DNA of 64,000 nucleotides, taken from contig NMRA01000003.1 of the NCBI GenBank assembly GCA_002633005.1, forward strand, positions 1,726,503 to 1,790,502, in the 5' to 3' direction. The stretch comes from Phoronis australis (lineage: Eukaryota; Animalia; Phoronida). A model generated the notes under the pieces. It saw nothing but the letters and a program-made list of their open reading frames with translations. It did not search any database and was not told where the DNA came from. The position numbers and the translations under genes were made by a program. This document shows positions 62,592-64,000 of this stretch, piece after piece (positions within the stretch are counted from its first letter, which is position 1; each line of letters begins with the position of its first letter).

Positions 62592-63827
62592 TTACTTGGC
62601 GAAATAAATTTCGCCAAGTATGTTGCTCTGTCGTCAAGTTTTTTTTTTTTTGTTCGCACTCTACAGGTCGCAATTTTCGTCCAATTTTCACGAAATTTGC
62701 ACACAACGTGTAGATCGGAAAGTCCTGGAAGCCTATTGTTTTTGGTAATGATCGCGTACAAAATGGCGGACATGGTGGCCATTTTGTATCCGATTTCACA
62801 GTCAAATGCTCGTAGAGGCCGCATTTTTCGTTGTACATAGCTGAAAATCTGTACGAATATACTAAAACGCATGTGCTACAACTGTGCAGAAACTCAATGA
62901 CTTCCGGTAAAAGATGGCGGAAATATTGGAAGTGGCGCATGCGCACCCCGAAATATGGCTAAAAACATTTTCTCCTGTAGAGGGCGCAATTGCAAACCAA
63001 TCACTTTCAAACTGGTCACGTGTTCGTTGAGTTTAATAAGCTTTTAAAAAAATTATTGAACCGGAAGTCACCTTCAAGATGGCGGCTGTGGGGCATGTTC
63101 ACACGGTTTCAATTGCTCTGGTGTCGCATTTTTTATGGGAAGAGCAAATGACGTGAATTTTTGCATGTGGATTCCTTGAAGTATGGCCTTTCAAAAAGTC
63201 TGCGAGAGCGCATTTCTCAGACTTACCGTTTTCGAGTTATTTGACTTTGAATTTCAAAAAAAACGGCAAATTTTCAATTTTCTCGAAAAATTTTTGGATT
63301 TTTGCCAAACTACCACTTTAGATAGAGATTTGAACGGGCTTTCAGAAGATATTTTCCATTTTGCGCTACGACGTCTACTTTTTGAATTATTTGAGATTTT
63401 CGGATACCGTTGTTCCTTCGGTCACGTATGCACTCAGCTGGCTGGCTTTCAGTTCACTTTGTTTTGGTTATGTCTGCACAAGTTAACAGAGAGTTGTGAC
63501 TCCGACTGACCCAGGTAGCACTGTCGTACTGTAGACTGGAATTCCAGGCGAAATACTATTGTAAACATAACTTTGCTCTGCAGACTGTCACATAGTGCCA
63601 CCTATTTTGGATTGCGGGAACAAAGCATGGCTCGTCCGTCATGTTGCGCTATCTATTGTTTTTTATTGTAGTTCATTATATGCTCTCTATTTGATTTCTT
63701 CGCTAGTCACATGAATGTTACCGTGTTATTTATTATTGTCGCCTTGATCGTCATGATTGTCGTCGTCCTCCCCATTGTCGTCTTTCGATTAACTCCACCA
63801 AGTGTCGCTCCTCCGAGCGCTCTCGTT
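62592..63827 (+). mobile_element. Helentron-associated (HINE-like) element, second copy of 18088-19334
   Basis: 5' palindrome TTACTTGGCGAAAT-AA-ATTTCGCCAAGTA and 3' end CCAAGTGTCGCTCCTCCGAGCGCTCTCGTTT; collinear with the reverse complement of the first copy. Confidence 0.8.
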
Positions 63828-64000
63828 TTTTGTTTGTTCGCACGATACAGGTCGCAATTTTCGTCTGATCATCACAAAATTTACACATATCACGTACTTC
63901 CGGAAGTACAGGAAGCCTATTGTTTTTCGTCAAAATTGGATCCAAGATGGCGGCTGTGGTGGCCATTTTGTTTCCATTTAAAGGTTCAAATGCTTCTGGA
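63828..64000 (+). mobile_element. Diverged core of a related HINE-like element directly abutting the previous one
   Basis: TGTTCGCAC..TACAGGTCGCAATTTTCG...GAAGCCTATTGTTTTT...AAGATGGCGG repeats the core seen at 62650-62790. Confidence 0.65.

Overview
AT-rich, intron-rich animal genomic DNA. It is probably a marine invertebrate, and the gene and repeat content suggests a deuterostome such as a hemichordate or echinoderm (inference). I assembled six spliced genes by hand from GT-AG junctions with consistent phases, and they alternate strictly in strand: a 4-exon, 82-aa NDUFA3-like gene absent from the ORF track (-), GFER/ERV1 (+), POLD2 (-), an 8-exon 547-aa seven-TM protein with gustatory-receptor-like/DUF3537 (7TM ion channel) architecture (+), RPL7 (-) and a 3'-incomplete SDR16C-type dehydrogenase (+). 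They form three head-to-head pairs and two tail-to-tail junctions with interleaved poly(A) signals. The introns carry a Kolobok-type transposon with TTAA TSD, ~150-bp TIRs and convergent KolX/P2X7-ballast and THAP ORF fragments. They also carry Helentron-type non-autonomous elements (one family with ~140-bp arrays of CTCF-consensus motifs), several MITEs including a triple nest, and minisatellites. A ~3-kb near-identical duplication flanks an N gap and is probably an allelic assembly artefact. All calls come from reading the sequence; no searches were run.
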